A DNA stretch of 63,935 nt, counting the filler, from Octopus bimaculoides (taxonomy: Eukaryota): assembly GCF_001194135.2 (NCBI RefSeq). It is 6 parts of 6 records of this genome, joined end to end, with 100 filler letters (N's around TTAATTAATTAA, not from the genome) between each part and the next. Parts side by side here need not be neighbours in the genome. Positions count along the whole stretch, not along the records: positions 62,001 to 63,935 come from NW_026350597.1; 5 more parts are not named here. One strand, 5' to 3'. How positions within the stretch are numbered: position 1 is the first letter of the stretch; every line of letters begins with the position of its first letter. Under the pieces are notes generated by a model that saw nothing but the letters and a program-made list of their open reading frames with translations, was not told the origin of the DNA and made no database searches. The position numbers were made by a program, and so were the translations under genes. This document shows positions 63,575 through 63,935 of the stretch, piece by piece.

Positions 63575-63930
63575 GGAGTGGCTGTGTGGTAAGTAGGTCG
63601 CTTACCAACCACATGGTTCTGGGTTCAGTCCTACTGGGTGGCACTTTGGGCAAGTATCTTCTACTATTTCGTTGACGGAAACTGAAAGAAGCCCGTCTTA
63701 TATATGTATATATATGTGTGAATGTGTGTGTTTGTATGTCTGTGTTTTCCCCCCACCATCGCTTGACAACCGATGTTGGTGTGTTCTTGTAACTTAGCGG
63801 TTCGGCAAAAGAGACCGATAGAATAAGTACTAGACTTATAAAGAATAAGTCCTGGGGTCGATTTGTTCTACTAAAGGTGGTGCTCCAGCATGGCCGCAGT
63901 CAAATGACTGAAACAAATAAAAGAATATAT
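63575..63930 (+). mobile_element. Near-complete family A SINE
   Basis: Head, a core with a deletion, (GT)n and the full tail. Confidence 0.9.
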
Positions 63931-63935
63931 ATATA

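Overview
AT-rich, microsatellite-dense eukaryotic DNA with about 20 assembly gaps. The SINE families point to an octopus, probably O. bimaculoides or a close relative (inference from family resemblance, not a search). No host gene can be called confidently; the best candidate is a minus-strand signal-peptide-like first exon at 1480-1615. Most recognisable sequence is decayed mobile DNA: about 35 tRNA-derived SINE copies or fragments, a two-LTR internally deleted Ty3/Gypsy element, a solo LTR, RTE and R4/Dong LINE ends, mariner, a DD37E (TRT-type) Tc1, MULE, Chapaev3-like, hAT MITEs and Helitron/Helentron pieces. The most notable content is 8-9 separate Penelope-like element (PLE) pieces. They carry five readable type I hammerhead-ribozyme motifs: a divergent inverted pair at about 50.07-50.48 kb, a tandem pair 616 nt apart at about 44.2-44.9 kb, and a minimal one at 49.7 kb. 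Four of their termini are snap-back or inverted structures. Hammerheads in PLEs are established biology; the paired arrangements here are what merit testing. Five TTAATTAATTAA inserts centred in 100-bp gaps are assembly linkers, not biology. Old repeat boundaries are approximate (about 10-30 bp) unless a TIR or TSD is quoted.
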